From assembly GCA_965644295.1 (NCBI GenBank), contig CBFFRP010000241.1:140972-204971 (forward strand): a stretch of 64,000 nt of DNA. The letters are read 5' to 3'. Of the stretch, positions 1 to 13,400 are shown in pieces (position 1 is the first letter of the stretch; every line of letters starts with the position of its first letter). Source of the stretch: Paraphysomonas bandaiensis. Its lineage: Eukaryota > Protista > Chrysophyceae. The notes under the pieces are model-generated. The model was not told where the DNA came from. It did no database searches and saw nothing but the letters and a program-made list of their open reading frames with translations. The position numbers and the translations under genes are program-made.

Positions 1-3000
1 TACCTACAGGACTACCTACTGGATCACCTACTGGGCAGCCGACGGGTCAGCCCACTGGACAACCGACAGGTCAACCTACTGGTCAGCCTACCGGACAACC
101 AACTGGCCAGCCTACAGGACAGCCAACAGGACAACCAACTGGTCAGCCAACTTGGGAGCCTACTGGACAACCCACTGGTCAACCTACTGGTCAGCCAACC
201 GGGCAACCTACAGCACTGCCGACAGGAGAGCCATCTGGTCAACCTACTGGGCAGCCTACAGGCCAGCCGTCTGGTCATCCAACCGGTGAGCCAACCGGTC
301 GACCTACAGGGCAGCCTACGGGACAGCCAACTGGTCAGCCAACTTGGGAGCCAACCGGTCAACCTACTGGGCAGCCGACGGGGGAACCAACAGGTCAGCC
401 CACTGGACAGCCAACCGGACAGCCAACTTGTCAGCCCACGGGACAGCCAACGGGACAGCCCACTGGTGAGCCTACGGGTCAGCCAACTTGTCAGCCCACG
501 GGACAGCCCACAGGACAGCCAACGGGACAGCCCACTGGTGAACCTACGAGTCAGCCAACTGGACAACCTACTGGTCAACCGACGGGAGAACCCACTGGGC
601 AGCCAACGGGTCAACCTACTAGTCAGCCTTCAGGTCAACCCACTGGTCAGCCAACGGGGGAACCATCTATACAACCAACTGGTGAACCTACTGGTCAGCC
701 AACAGGACAGCCCACAGGGCAACCAACAAGTCATCCAACTGGGGAGCCAACCGGTGAACCTACTGGTCAGCCTACAGGACTGCCCACAGGGCAACCAACT
801 AGTCAGCCAACTGGTGAGCCAACCAGGCAGCCTACTGGTGAACCGACGGGCCAACCGACTGGGCACCCGACGGGACAACCAACCGGGCAGCCTAGTGGTC
901 AGCCGACGGGTCTGCCGACAGGGCAGCCAACGGGACAGCCAACTGGGGAGCCTACCGGTCAGCCAACTGGTCAGCCTACTGGACAACCGACAGTTCATCC
1001 TACTGGTCAGCCGACGGGAGAACCTACTGGTGAACCGACTGGCCAGCCAAGTGGACTGCCAACGGGACAGCCGACTGGTCATCCTACTGGGCAGCCAAGT
1101 GGTAAGCCTACAGGTCAACCGACAGGCCAACCCACCGGTCAACCAACTGGTAAGCCCAGTGGTAAGCCCACGGGACAACCAACAGGCCAGCCAACTGGTC
1201 AGCCAACAGGTGAGCCTACTGGTCAACCAACAGGTCAACCTACTGGTCAGCCAACAGGTCAACCTACTGGGCAGCCAACAGGACAACCTTCTGGACAGCC
1301 TACTGGGGAACCAACTGGTCAACCGACAGGCCAGCCGACGGGGGAACCAACAGGACAACCAACTGGTCAGCCCACTGGACAGCCGACGGGACAGCCAACA
1401 GGCCAGCCCACGGGTCAGCCAACTGGTGAGCCTACTGGGCAGCCAACAGGTCAACCTACTGGCCAGCCAACAGGCCAGCCAACTGGTGAGCCAAGTGGAC
1501 TGCCAACGGGACAGCCGACGGGGGAGCCTACTGGACAACCCACAGGCCAGCCGACGGGGGAACCAACAGGACAACCAACTGGTCAGCCCAGTGGACATCC
1601 CACGGGACAGCCAACAGGTCAGCCAACAGGTCAGCCAACTGGTGAGCCAACTGGACAACCAACAGGTCAACCTACTGGGCAGCCAACAGGACAGCCAACT
1701 GGTCAACCTACTGGTGAGCCCACGGGACAGCCTACTGGGGAGCCAACTGGTGAACCGACAGGTCAGCCAACAGGCCAACCTACTGGTCAACCAACGGGTC
1801 AGCCCACTGGACATCCCACGGGACAGCCAACAGGTCAGCCCACGGGTCAGCCAACTGGTGAGCCAACTGGACAACCAACAGGTCAACCTACTGGGCAGCC
1901 AACAGGACAGCCAACTGGTCAACCTACTGGTGAGCCCACGGGACAGCCTACTGGGGAGCCAACTGGTGAACCGACAGGTCAGCCAACAGGCCAACCTACT
2001 GGTCAACCAACGGGTCAGCCCACTGGACAGCCGACGGGACAGCCAACAGGCCAGCCCACGGGTCAGCCAACTGGTGAGCCAACTGGACAACCAACAGGTC
2101 AGCCTACTGGCCAGCCAACAGGCCAGCCAACTGGTGAGCCCACGGGACTGCCCACAGGCCAGCCGACGGGGGAGCCTACTGGACAACCCACAGGCCAGCC
2201 GACGGGGGAACCAACAGGACAACCAACTGGTCAGCCCACTGGACAGCCGACGGGACAGCCAACAGGTCAGCCAACAGGTCAGCCAACTGGTGAGCCAACT
2301 GGACAACCAACAGGTCAACCTACTGGGCAGCCAACAGGACAGCCAACTGGTCAACCTACTGGTGAGCCCACGGGACAGCCTACTGGGGAGCCAACTGGAC
2401 AACCCACAGGCCAGCCAACAGGCCAACCAACCGGTCAACCAACGGGTCAGCCCAGCGGACATCCCACGGGACAGCCAACAGGCCAGCCCACGGGTCAGCC
2501 AACAGGTGAGCCTACTGGTCAACCGACAGGTCAACCTACTGGCCAGCCAACAGGTCAACCTACTGGGCAGCCAACAGGACAACCTTCTGGACAGCCTACT
2601 GGGGAACCAACTGGTGAACCGACAGGCCAGCCGACGGGGGAACCAACAGGCCAGCCGACAGGACAACCTACTGGACAGCCGACGGGACAGCCAACAGGCC
2701 AGCCAACTGGTCAGCCAACTGGTGAGCCTACTGGGCAGCCAACAGGTCAACCTACTGGGCAGCCAACAGGCCAGCCAACTGGTCAACCTACTGGTGAGCC
2801 CACGGGACAGCCTACTGGGGAGCCAACTGGACAACCCACAGGCCAGCCGACGGGCCAGCCAACAGGACAACCAACTGGTCAGCCCACTGGACAGCCAACG
2901 GGACAGCCAACAGGCCAGCCCACGGGTCAGCCAACAGGTGAGCCTACTGGTCAACCAACAGGTCAACCTACTGGCCAGCCAACAGGTCAACCTACTGGGC

Positions 3001-4480
3001 AGCCAACAGGCCAGCCAACTGGACAGCCTACTGGGGAGCCAACTGGTGAACCGACAGGCCAGCCGACGGGGGAACCAACAGGCCAGCCGACAGGACAACC
3101 TACAGGTGAGCCGACGGGACAGCCAACAGGCCAGCCCACGGGTCAGCCAACTGGTGAGCCTACTGGGCAGCCAACAGGTCAACCTACTGGGCAGCCAACA
3201 GGCCAGCCAACTGGTCAACCTACTGGTGAGCCCACGGGACAGCCTACTGGGGAGCCAACTGGACAACCCACAGGCCAGCCGACGGGCCAGCCAACAGGAC
3301 AACCAACTGGTCAGCCCACTGGACAGCCAACGGGCCAGCCAACAGGCCAGCCCACGGGCCAGCCAACTGGTGAGCCTACTGGTCAACCAACAGGTCAACC
3401 TACTGGGCAGCCAACAGGCCAGCCAACAGGTCAACCTACTGGTGAGCCGACTGGACAACCTTCTGGACAACCCACTGGTCAGCCCACGGGACAACCTACA
3501 GGTCAACCTTCTGGGCAGCCTACTGGGCAGCCAACAGGTCAACCCACAGGTCAGCCAACAGGGCAACCTACTGGTCAGCCCACCGGACAGCCTTCTGGTC
3601 AACCGACAGGACAACCCACAGGACAGCCAACGGCACAACCTACTGGTGAGCCCACGGGACAGCCAACTGGTCAACCTACTGGTCAACCGACCGGGGAACC
3701 AACAGGACAACCTACTGGTCAACCTACAGGACAGCCTTCTGGCGAGCCTACAGGGCAGCCAACAGGACAACCTACTGGGCAACCAACGGGACAGCCAACT
3801 GGACAACCTACTGGGCAGCCAACAGGTCAACCCACTGGACAGCCTACAGGTCAACCGACAGGTCAACCGACGGGCCAGCCAACAGGTCAACCAACTGGTC
3901 AGCCTACTGGTCAACCTACAGGACAGCCAACAGGACAACCAACTGGTCAACCGACAGGACAGCCCACTGGTCAGCCTACGGGACAACCCACAGGACAGCC
4001 AACTGGGCAACCAACAGGACAACCTACTGGACAACCCACTGGTCAACCCACTGGACAGCCTACAGGAGAGCCCACTGGTCAACCGACGGGCCAGCCAACA
4101 GGTCAACCTACTGGACAGCCCACTGGTCAACCTACAGGACAGCCAACGGGACAGCCAACTGGTCAACCGACTGGACAGCCCACTGGTCAGCCTACGGGAC
4201 AACCCACAGGACAGCCAACGGGACAACCTTCTGGACAGCCTACTGGACAGCCAACAGGACAACCCACAGGCCAGCCCACTGGTCAACCGACGGGCCAGCC
4301 AACAGGTCAACCTACTGGACAGCCTACTGGTCAGCCAACTGGTCAGCCGACGGGTCAACCGACTGGACAGCCAACCGGACAGCCAACTAGTCAACCGACT
4401 GGGGAGCCGACAGGTCAACCAACTGGTCAGCCCACTGGTCAACCTACAGGTTTGCCGACTGGCCAACCGTCTGGATGGCC
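1..4480 (+). repeat. Coding 12-bp tandem repeat (CCN ACN GGN CAR = PTGQ, with PTGE/PSGQ variants) with a 216-bp higher-order period
   Basis: About 370 degenerate units. The marker CAGCCAACWGGTGAGCC recurs at 1200, 1416, 1632, 1848, 2064, 2280, 2496, 2712, 2928, 3144 and 3360. Confidence 0.95.
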
Positions 4481-7400
4481 TAGTTCTGAGCCGTCATCAA
4501 TTCCGTCAAGTGCGCCGACTAAGTTCCCGACCATGAGGCCCACTCTGTCTCCCACTGTTGGTGGAAAGCGGTCAACATCTCATCCAACTTGGCGTCCAAC
4601 GCGTAGGCCTACCTGGTGTCCCACTGAGTCGCCAACTTTTGCACCGTCCATTGATTATAGCCAGTACGCTTATGATGAGATGTATACTATGTACACGTCA
4701 TTAGACGCCCAAGACGACTTAGCCGTGTCATTTGGCTCGTTTAATTACAAAGGTTTAGATGTGGACAGTACATGTAGTGAGTGGCCATCTTTTCAAACGA
4801 ATGCATTTTCTATTCCTGTTGATGGTATTTCTGTGGAGTCAATATCTGTTGCGTATGGGTATAGATCAACTCTTGAATCTGCGTTTCACCAGAATATAAT
4901 CACTTGTGCTGACAAAGAAGTTGTAGACATAATGACTGATAATTTTTTAACGCAAAAAGAATTCTATGTTAATTGTGGTGGCAACAAGTGGAGATACGCC
5001 AAGTGCAGGTCTGGAAACTATGTGATTTGTATAAATTGTGGTACGACCAACAGACAGGGCTGTTATGATTATCCCCAAACACTGTTTCATCCTTGTTACA
5101 AAGGCAATACCCAGGAGACATTCTATTCACACTTGACGATTCAGCTAAAAGAATCAATCCTCTACCCTCAAATTCACGGGCAGTCAATCAATGCAAATGA
5201 AAATTCTTTAGTGGTCAACTTAAATATTTCAACGAACGGTGTGCTCTATTGCTCTGCTTTTCGTGTTGGAGATGTTATTCCATCGTCGGTCTCTCGAATT
5301 GTAAAGGACGGGGCCCAGACTGTTGTTGATGGAAATTCGAATGTGTCGTCAATATCTGCAGCCGTTTATATTGATGACCTTGATCCGATGACGACGTATA
5401 GTGTGTACTGCTATACTGAAGATTTCAGTGGTAACTCAATGGGAATTGAAGAAGTTTTGGCCACCCGTCAATTAGCGAATACAACTTGTTGTAGGCGCAT
5501 TTTACTATCGAAGGGAGTTCCATCTATTCAGCAATATGTTCTGGGAAAAGATGAATTCGAATTTAGTTTTACTTTGAACTCGTATCCGCAGCGAGAAATT
5601 CGCGTCGACATCGAATTGGTGGCAATTAATTGCGGTCGTACATATAATACGACCTGTGGAGTGGCAGAAGCATACCCTTCGCAATTTACGTTCTCTCCAG
5701 AGTCAATATCTCTGGAATCTGTGTTTGTCGTACGAGGAGAGACAGGTGATTATAATTTGTCTATATCCACTTACAGTTCCAAGTTAGATAGTGATTGGTA
5801 TCACGGAGTATATTCGAACCTCACTATAAATCCCTATGGGTCTAATATTGCCCCTCCCCGTATATCATCGGCGCAGTTTTCTCCCGATGGCAGAAAAATA
5901 TTGGTTCGGTTTGATTCTGCGACGCACAATGGGGGTGCTGATACAGATGGCTTTGATAAAGACTTCGATTGCGCGGAAGTTATGAATTTTGTTGGAATAT
6001 CATCATCCCAGTGCCGTTGGAGCACAAGCAAACTTCTAACGGTGTACCTACGCTACTCATCCAATGTGTACGTTAACATAGGAGATGTACTTACTCTATA
6101 TGCGGGAGTTGTAAAGGCAGCTTGTCTTGATGGATTTGTGTGCAGTGATTTTGTAGCAAACTCGCCACAATCTGTGGTCATTAAAAAATCTAGCAGTCAT
6201 GTAATTCCTGAGGTGTCTTTATCTGTTTCTGGGCGAACAATATCAAAATGCTCAAATTTATTGTTAGATCCAACGTTATCTAGGTTCAAGGGTGGTAGCA
6301 TGAGACCGTGGAAAAGTATTTCGTGGACCGTGACCGGCACAGGGGGTAATGCGACTGCGATATCACAGCTGTTAGATACCGAATATAGTTCAGATACTCA
6401 ACGTACGATTACAATCCCTTATTCAATGATATCTGTGGGGAAGTTAACGTTTTCGTTGCGTCTACAGGCATTTTGGGGGAAAAGTGCGGCTGTCAGTTCA
6501 ACAGTTACTGTAATTGATGACGTGGTTGCTGAGATAAGTATATTAGGCCCTGCTGTAAAGTCTATATTCCGATGGCAAGTACTGGAGTTATTTACACAAA
6601 CGGAGGTTTCATTTTGTTCTGTAAACGGGTCTACCAACTTCACAGCGTTCCAATATTTGTGGTCTGGATATAAAGGAACTAAATTTGAGAACACGCTTTC
6701 GTCTGTTTCGAATGATCCCAGGTCATTCAAACTACCGGCCTATAAATTGGCAGTTGATACCACTTACACATTTGTTGTTGACGTCCTGGCAGTTGATATA
6801 AATGCAATACAGTCCCGATATAGTACTAAAGTGAAAGTTGTTCGCTCCCATGTGGAGGCGGTTATATCTGGTGGCGATTACAGAGTTGTGTCTGCATATG
6901 AAAACTTTACGTTGGATGGCTCTGCTAGTTCTGATAAAGACTACCCTTCGAGCCCATTGACAGCTGTAGCTTGGAGTTGTATGGAGTTATCCCCAAATTT
7001 TGGTGATATATGTGACATACAGTTTTCCTCAAATAAAGTGCAGCAGATAGACACGAGAGGTCTTATCCAGAACAATGTTAATACTGAGAGAATGTTTCGT
7101 TTTGGATTGCGTGTGACGGGGTATGATGGTCTATATAGCACTGCATCTGTAACTGTAAGAGTCACTCCAGCATTCATTCCTCTTGTAGTGATAAAAGAAG
7201 TACAGCCAAAGTATAGTGTTTCACAGGGTTTCATATTATCATGTGACATTTTATCATCAAATTCAACTATAGCGCAATGGAATAGCACAGACGTTGCCCT
7301 TCAAAGCATATCCAGTACTCCTCTTGTACGATTTGTTCACACAAAGAATATATTTACATTTCAACTTGGTATTACTGCCAACAGTTTGTCTGCAGGGTCG

Positions 7401-10400
7401 TCATATTCTTTCCAGTTTCTTGTTTCTGAGCCATTGCATAATTTAACTTTTTTACAAGTCGCTCAAGTTACGGTCATAATGAATGAACCACCATCAGGTG
7501 GTAAGCTGGATATATTTCCTTCCGAAGGGTATGCTTTAAACACTACTTTTGTTCTTGATGCAATGAATTGGGACGATGATCCTGAAGATTTCCCCCTGAA
7601 GTATGTATTCAGCTCGTACAACGAGGATCCTTCCAAACAATATGTACTGAAGACTGCAAGTTATATTCCTTCAGTGAAGACATTTATTCCTCAAGGCATT
7701 GAATCTTTGGAGTACTCAGCTGTCTGCGTCTGCACTGTATACGACATTTATCGTAGCGAAGCCACAGCGAATAGTTCAGTATATGTGTGGCCTGCAGGTG
7801 CTGACCTACTTGTGGTCAGTGTCAATATGCAATTGGATGAAGCTCTAGCTCTATTTGATGCGAATTCTGTTCTCAGTATCGCTAGTTCAGCAGCTGAAGT
7901 GTTAAATACAGTGAACTGCTCGCTCGCCCCTGATTGTGCGTCTCTTAATCGTCTCCCATGCAAAGACACACCACATACTTGTGGCGAGTGTGCTTCAGGA
8001 GGATATGTAGGGATTAGTGGAGCCTCAAATGAAAAGTGTTTTGAGCTGAGTTCTATAAAAGGGTTTTCTGAGGATTGCTTAGATGATTCGATGTGTTTAA
8101 CTGGAGCATGTGTGAACAATACCTGTGGTTACAAAAGGAAGCAGTGTGCATCCAATTGCTCCCAGCATGGTGTATGCGAGTTTTACTATTACAATGGCAC
8201 AGCATTTTCGACTGTGACTAATACAGTCGGTGAAAATGCTTCCACAGAGAAACTGGAGTGTACAACTGGAGATTTTTATTGCTATGCGAAATGTACGTGT
8301 GACTATGGTTACTATGGTAAATCTTGTACCTTAGATGAAGACGCTTTCGAATTAGCTATCAATGTGAAAAACTCAATGTGCAATGGCATTTACCAATCAA
8401 TGTTTATTGAAGATACGTCGTCATCTGATGTCATCTACTCACGTGCCCGTACCGTTACCGATTTGCTACATGATGTCAGTGTACTGTCGGAGTCGGCATT
8501 GCTCAATTGCACGGCGGTATTGACCACCACTGTGTTTAATCATTTTGAGCTTCTCAATACTGATAGTGTGAACAGTGCAGTATTGCAGGCGCTGTCCAAT
8601 ATTGCCGCTTTAGGAAGTTCTCTAGACGATGATGTTCTGAACGACGTTTCTGATGCGGTTTCTCTAATGATTTTCAGTCGACAGGAATATATTGCAGCGG
8701 GAAACAGCGAGTTGAATTCTATTTCATCGAATATTCGATTTATTTCACACAAGATGTATGGCGAAGATATCGTTAACAACACCTTTTTATCTCCTCTGTC
8801 ATCTTATGAAGCAGCTATCGGTACTCTGAATTCGACGGAATTGGTGATAAACTCTCTAGACTACTCAGTAGAGGAAGTTTACGGAACATCTGTGATTCAA
8901 AACTCAGCAATGAGATCAGACGATAATTTTAGTGCAGCATCTCAACCTGTTCAAATTGATATTCACGACTATTCAACTATTCTTGGGGAATCTAGGCGAC
9001 TGTCGTCGAAGCCACAATCCGTGACTGTTGTTTTTCCGAACTATTTCCCGCTGGAGTACGTATCAGCCAATATTTCTACAGGAATTGTTAAGTGTCGATT
9101 ATCATCGAACAAGAAGAGTTTTCATGTTGAAGTGACTTGTAATGCAGCCCCTGGTGGAGTTCCCGAAACAGTGCAGGCTGTGAACTGTCCTGGTGACCGC
9201 TTGGCTGATGTGACATACGCATGTCCTAGCTATTCGTCGTATCCCCAGTGCGTTACATATGATGGTTATTCTTTTTCTGTTGACCCTGCCTGCACTGTCC
9301 AATCTTACACGTCTACAACTATAACCTGCTCCTGCGTCCGAGGTGGAGAAATCAGCGCTAGAAACCGCCAACGGAGAACATTGTCGGATTCAGTAACTAC
9401 ATACACTGTAACATTAGCGTCAGAAAAGGGTGTGACAGAAACGGACTTTCAGACTTCGTATATGTTTATTCCACTGTACTACAATAGTACTCCTGACCTT
9501 GTAGTAGTTTTATCAGTATCATGTTTCTTCGTAATGGGTATTCTGGTTAGCGCGTCATTTATGTTTATGAAACTGGCTCAGAACGATGTTATGAAACGGG
9601 GAAAATCGGACAAAGGATATTCGGCAGGCACATTTTTTGAAACCGCTATTCCTTTAGAGTTTTCTGATAACAAGTGGTCAAAGATATTTGTTCAGAAACT
9701 TCAAGATATACATGTACTCTTCAGCATCGTACACAAAGCCAGTGATAGATGTTTAAAGTGCTGTAAACTTTTCTCTCATATATTTACGTTTGTATTTGTA
9801 AACACTGTTTATGCAAATGTATTTTACGATGATAGAAATCTATGCGAGCAGATATCAGATATGCATGATTGCTTGACGGTACGAAAAAGTCGAATATTTG
9901 GAAGCGAATATTCTGCATGCAAATGGAATAAAAAGGATGACGTGTGCACTTATAACCCACCCCAGCTTAGCTATCGGGGAGTTGTTGTGGCGTCAGCCGT
10001 AGTTCTTGTGACTTCAATTTTGATAAACATATTCATTGAATTAGCATGGGAAAGAGTATATGTTTACGTAATCTCTGAGAATACTTTTCATCGGAAAACC
10101 AAATCCAGTCGGGTGTATGTCACTGATGATGAATTTTGTGACATGGATACTCCTAAGCGGAACATTCTTAGTATTGAGAGTGGAACAACTGAAAAGTGCT
10201 ATACTTGTATGTGCGATGAGCTAAGTGATTGGCAAAACACACGATCGAAGATGGCTATTGCATTGCGTTTATTTACTCTAAATGCTATCAGTTGTCAGCT
10301 GGGTGATCCGAAGAAAATATCTTCGAAATCGAATAAATATCATGGAAGTCGTGCCAGCAAATATGCAGACATGTCTCCTGAGCCGCGCGCGTTGCAATCT

Positions 10401-13400
10401 AATGTATCGTATTCCCGGTCTCTGTCACGCCAGTTTGGAGAGCGAAATATGAGTATATTGGCAGATGATGATAGCGATAGCAGTGGTGGACATGATATGC
10501 AAGCTCATACATCGTCTGTAAAAGGTGGTCGTACTCCCGAATGTAATCAACTGAAGCGAAATCTCTGTATATCTGACAGACAGCATTCCTCCTCGGTAGG
10601 TCGGCACCGAGGGGACTCCGATGTGTATATAGAGAGTGATGCGGATGATGCACATGGGAGTTCAACTCCGAATTTAGAAACTCAAGGCTTGCAGCTCCAC
10701 CTTGAAGAAGAAATGCATGGTGGGCCATTAAATGGCGACGAAAACGATAGGGATTTGACGACACTCAGACGTCAACTGACATCGCAGCTCAGTCAGCTGA
10801 CAAATATCATGCACGGACTGCCCGTTGACGAAACGGACTCCTTTTCACCTCACCTAGATACTCCAGAAAATGGTGATAGCTGTGACGAAAATTATCGTAG
10901 TCATGGTGACGTTGCAGTCAAAGACGAGGTCAGTTATTGTGAAAATGACATGTCCAGTTCAAAGTGTCCCCCATCTACTTCTCAGGTGTTGAATCCCAGT
11001 TCATTGACTGACAAACCCAATTTAGGTCGAGGGACAAATTCGAAAGAATCTCAACATGTGCTGGATGTTGACGGTATTACAAGAGGAGATCATTCTCCAT
11101 CAAATTCTACACTCCCAGTGAAATTCAGACTGGGTAGTGATGTTGAAAGCTTTGTGAGTAAGGTATCAACTCGAACGGAATTAGGTGTTAATAGCCAAGA
11201 CTATTCGAGAAATCGTATGTGTGCACACGAGCTCAAGGTAGAGATTGAACGAATAAGTGATTCTGATTACAAACAAATTCATCTCTTTCGGACTTTTCTC
11301 GTTTACGCACTTCCGCCAAGCAGAAGATCCATAGCAGAGCGGTTTTTACTTGGTCCCAGTGTGTTGGACAAGCACAAGTGCCCGAATTCCAGGGAGTTCA
11401 ATATTGTTTTTTTTGGCCTTATACTTTACTTTGCTGTAACTATATGTTATATGCTCTTGTATGGGGTTCATATGGATCGGAATGCTGTCAGGGTGTGGTC
11501 AATTATTCTCGGTGTTGTGGTAGTCCAAAAGTTAATTATGATTGATACCATAATGGTGTATTTGATTCATGTCGTTGTGGCAACATCAGTTAAACATGAT
11601 ATTCTGCGTCTGTGTTATCGTTTAAAGCGACATGGATACGCTATTATGAACAGGTGCACACTGAGCTTCAAGGTGCTGAACAGTGAAACTCAATTCAGTA
11701 ATCCGGCATGCATTGTAGCCAGACAGTTCCCTGAATACCCTTTATGTAGGCTATTGATTCAGTTGAATGACTGGGATTTGCCTTCGGTGTATAACCCTCC
11801 TAGCTTATACCAAAAAACAGAGTTTTTCATTTTGTATGGATTTTTCATTCTTGGTTCCAGACTTCCGATTGTTGTCAACAAATTTTTTATTGAGGTGTTG
11901 ATCGTTTCCGCTCTAGGCGTTGTTTTTGCTGTGATTCCTCAGATTAGGGTTGTTCATTTCTCGTACTTGGTGATTGTAGCTCTAGTGTTATTTGTGTTTT
12001 TGCTGATTGTGTATTATGAGTTTTTTAAGAAGGAAAGGAAACCGAGTGCACCGCAGTCGTCCCTATCGCCGTTAAGATCACCGCATCGCAGTGCAATTCG
12101 CCATGACTCCGGGTTACGGAGTGGAAAATCAGGGGGCTCGAGTGCAGTATCAAACAACGTGAGTAGACGGCTGAGTTTCAGCGGTGATGCAAAGGTACAT
12201 GATGATATCAGCTCACCAGTGAACTTCGAAGTTCATAGCCCGCCAGTAAGTTCTTCGTTCAAGCTAAGACTTCATCGATCTGAAGATGAAAAGAATGACG
12301 ATCTTAAAGATCTGAGGGCCAGCGAGAGTAAATTACTCGGAGCTTTTACAAATTTAGAGAAGTTCATAGCAGATTCGAGTCATTCTCCTTCGTTGGACGT
12401 TGAAATGAAACAAAATCAATACAGTACTGGTCATGGTATTTCTCTTCGGACACCACATGATATGGCCAGAACACCGAGCGTTGACGGAGGGAGCAAAAGT
12501 TGTGAAAACGATTCTGAACGTCATTCAGATAATGATTCATGTGTCAGTGACATGATTGTTGATAAAGAAGTAACCACAGAAGATGTCAGTAACGTTTTGA
12601 TTAAGTCAAAGCTGACAGAACAAATTCGAGAGGCTAGAAGGCTATCTTTAGAGCTCCGCCAACAAAAACTAATCAGAGCTCAGTCACTTCAAGAAAGACT
12701 AGAGAAAAAGAAATCTTCAAGACGAAAAGAACTTCTCAGCACAGGTGTCGACAAAGAGGAAGCTGTTATCAAAACTGAAGTTGAAATATCTCAAGAAGAG
12801 TCCAAAACTGAGGCCGAAATTGATTTGTTTTTGTCGGAACTACTAAAGACAAAAACTGCCGACATTAAACGAGAGCTTGTTAAAGTTTATGAAGAAGAGA
12901 TTTCCAAAATTGCTGCCGATGCAGAGAGAGAGAGACAGGAGCGTATCATTGCACTTGAAAATAAAATGAACAAGGAACGACAGGCGCATATACATGGAGA
13001 TATGGACATCAATGGTATTGGGGCTGCAACTGATCACATAGCGCATGGGGAATTGAGCTCGAAAGAAGTTGAGGAGCGTCGTGAGGTTGAGGACGAAATT
13101 TTTGAGAAATCGCATCAACAGAGAAAGTCCTTAATCGAAAGTGTACAGGCTGAGTATATGAAAGCCACGGAGCAGTTACAACATGAACTACTTGAAGACC
13201 GAAAGCAGAAAGTTTCCTCTCTTGAATCCCGGCTTGAGAATAGAAGACAATCAGCAACGACAGAGCTAATTAATATTGGGGTGTCTGAAGAAGACGCGAT
13301 TATGGCTGCAGAGATAGGGTTACATGATACCTTTCAAGAGGAGCTATCAAGAATTGAAACGGTAACCCAGAGTAATGTTGCCGAGATCATGAATGTGATG

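Noticed and set aside
4452-4454. TTG start assigned to the 3476-aa ORF
   Set aside because: The frame is open back to position 3, so the true start is upstream of the window.
24-4536. Long ORFs 286..4536 (+), 630..4466 (-) and 24..614 (-)
   Set aside because: Shadow frames of the stop-poor 12-bp PTGQ repeat. Variation falls at third positions of the PTGQ frame, which is the one continuous with the REJ protein.
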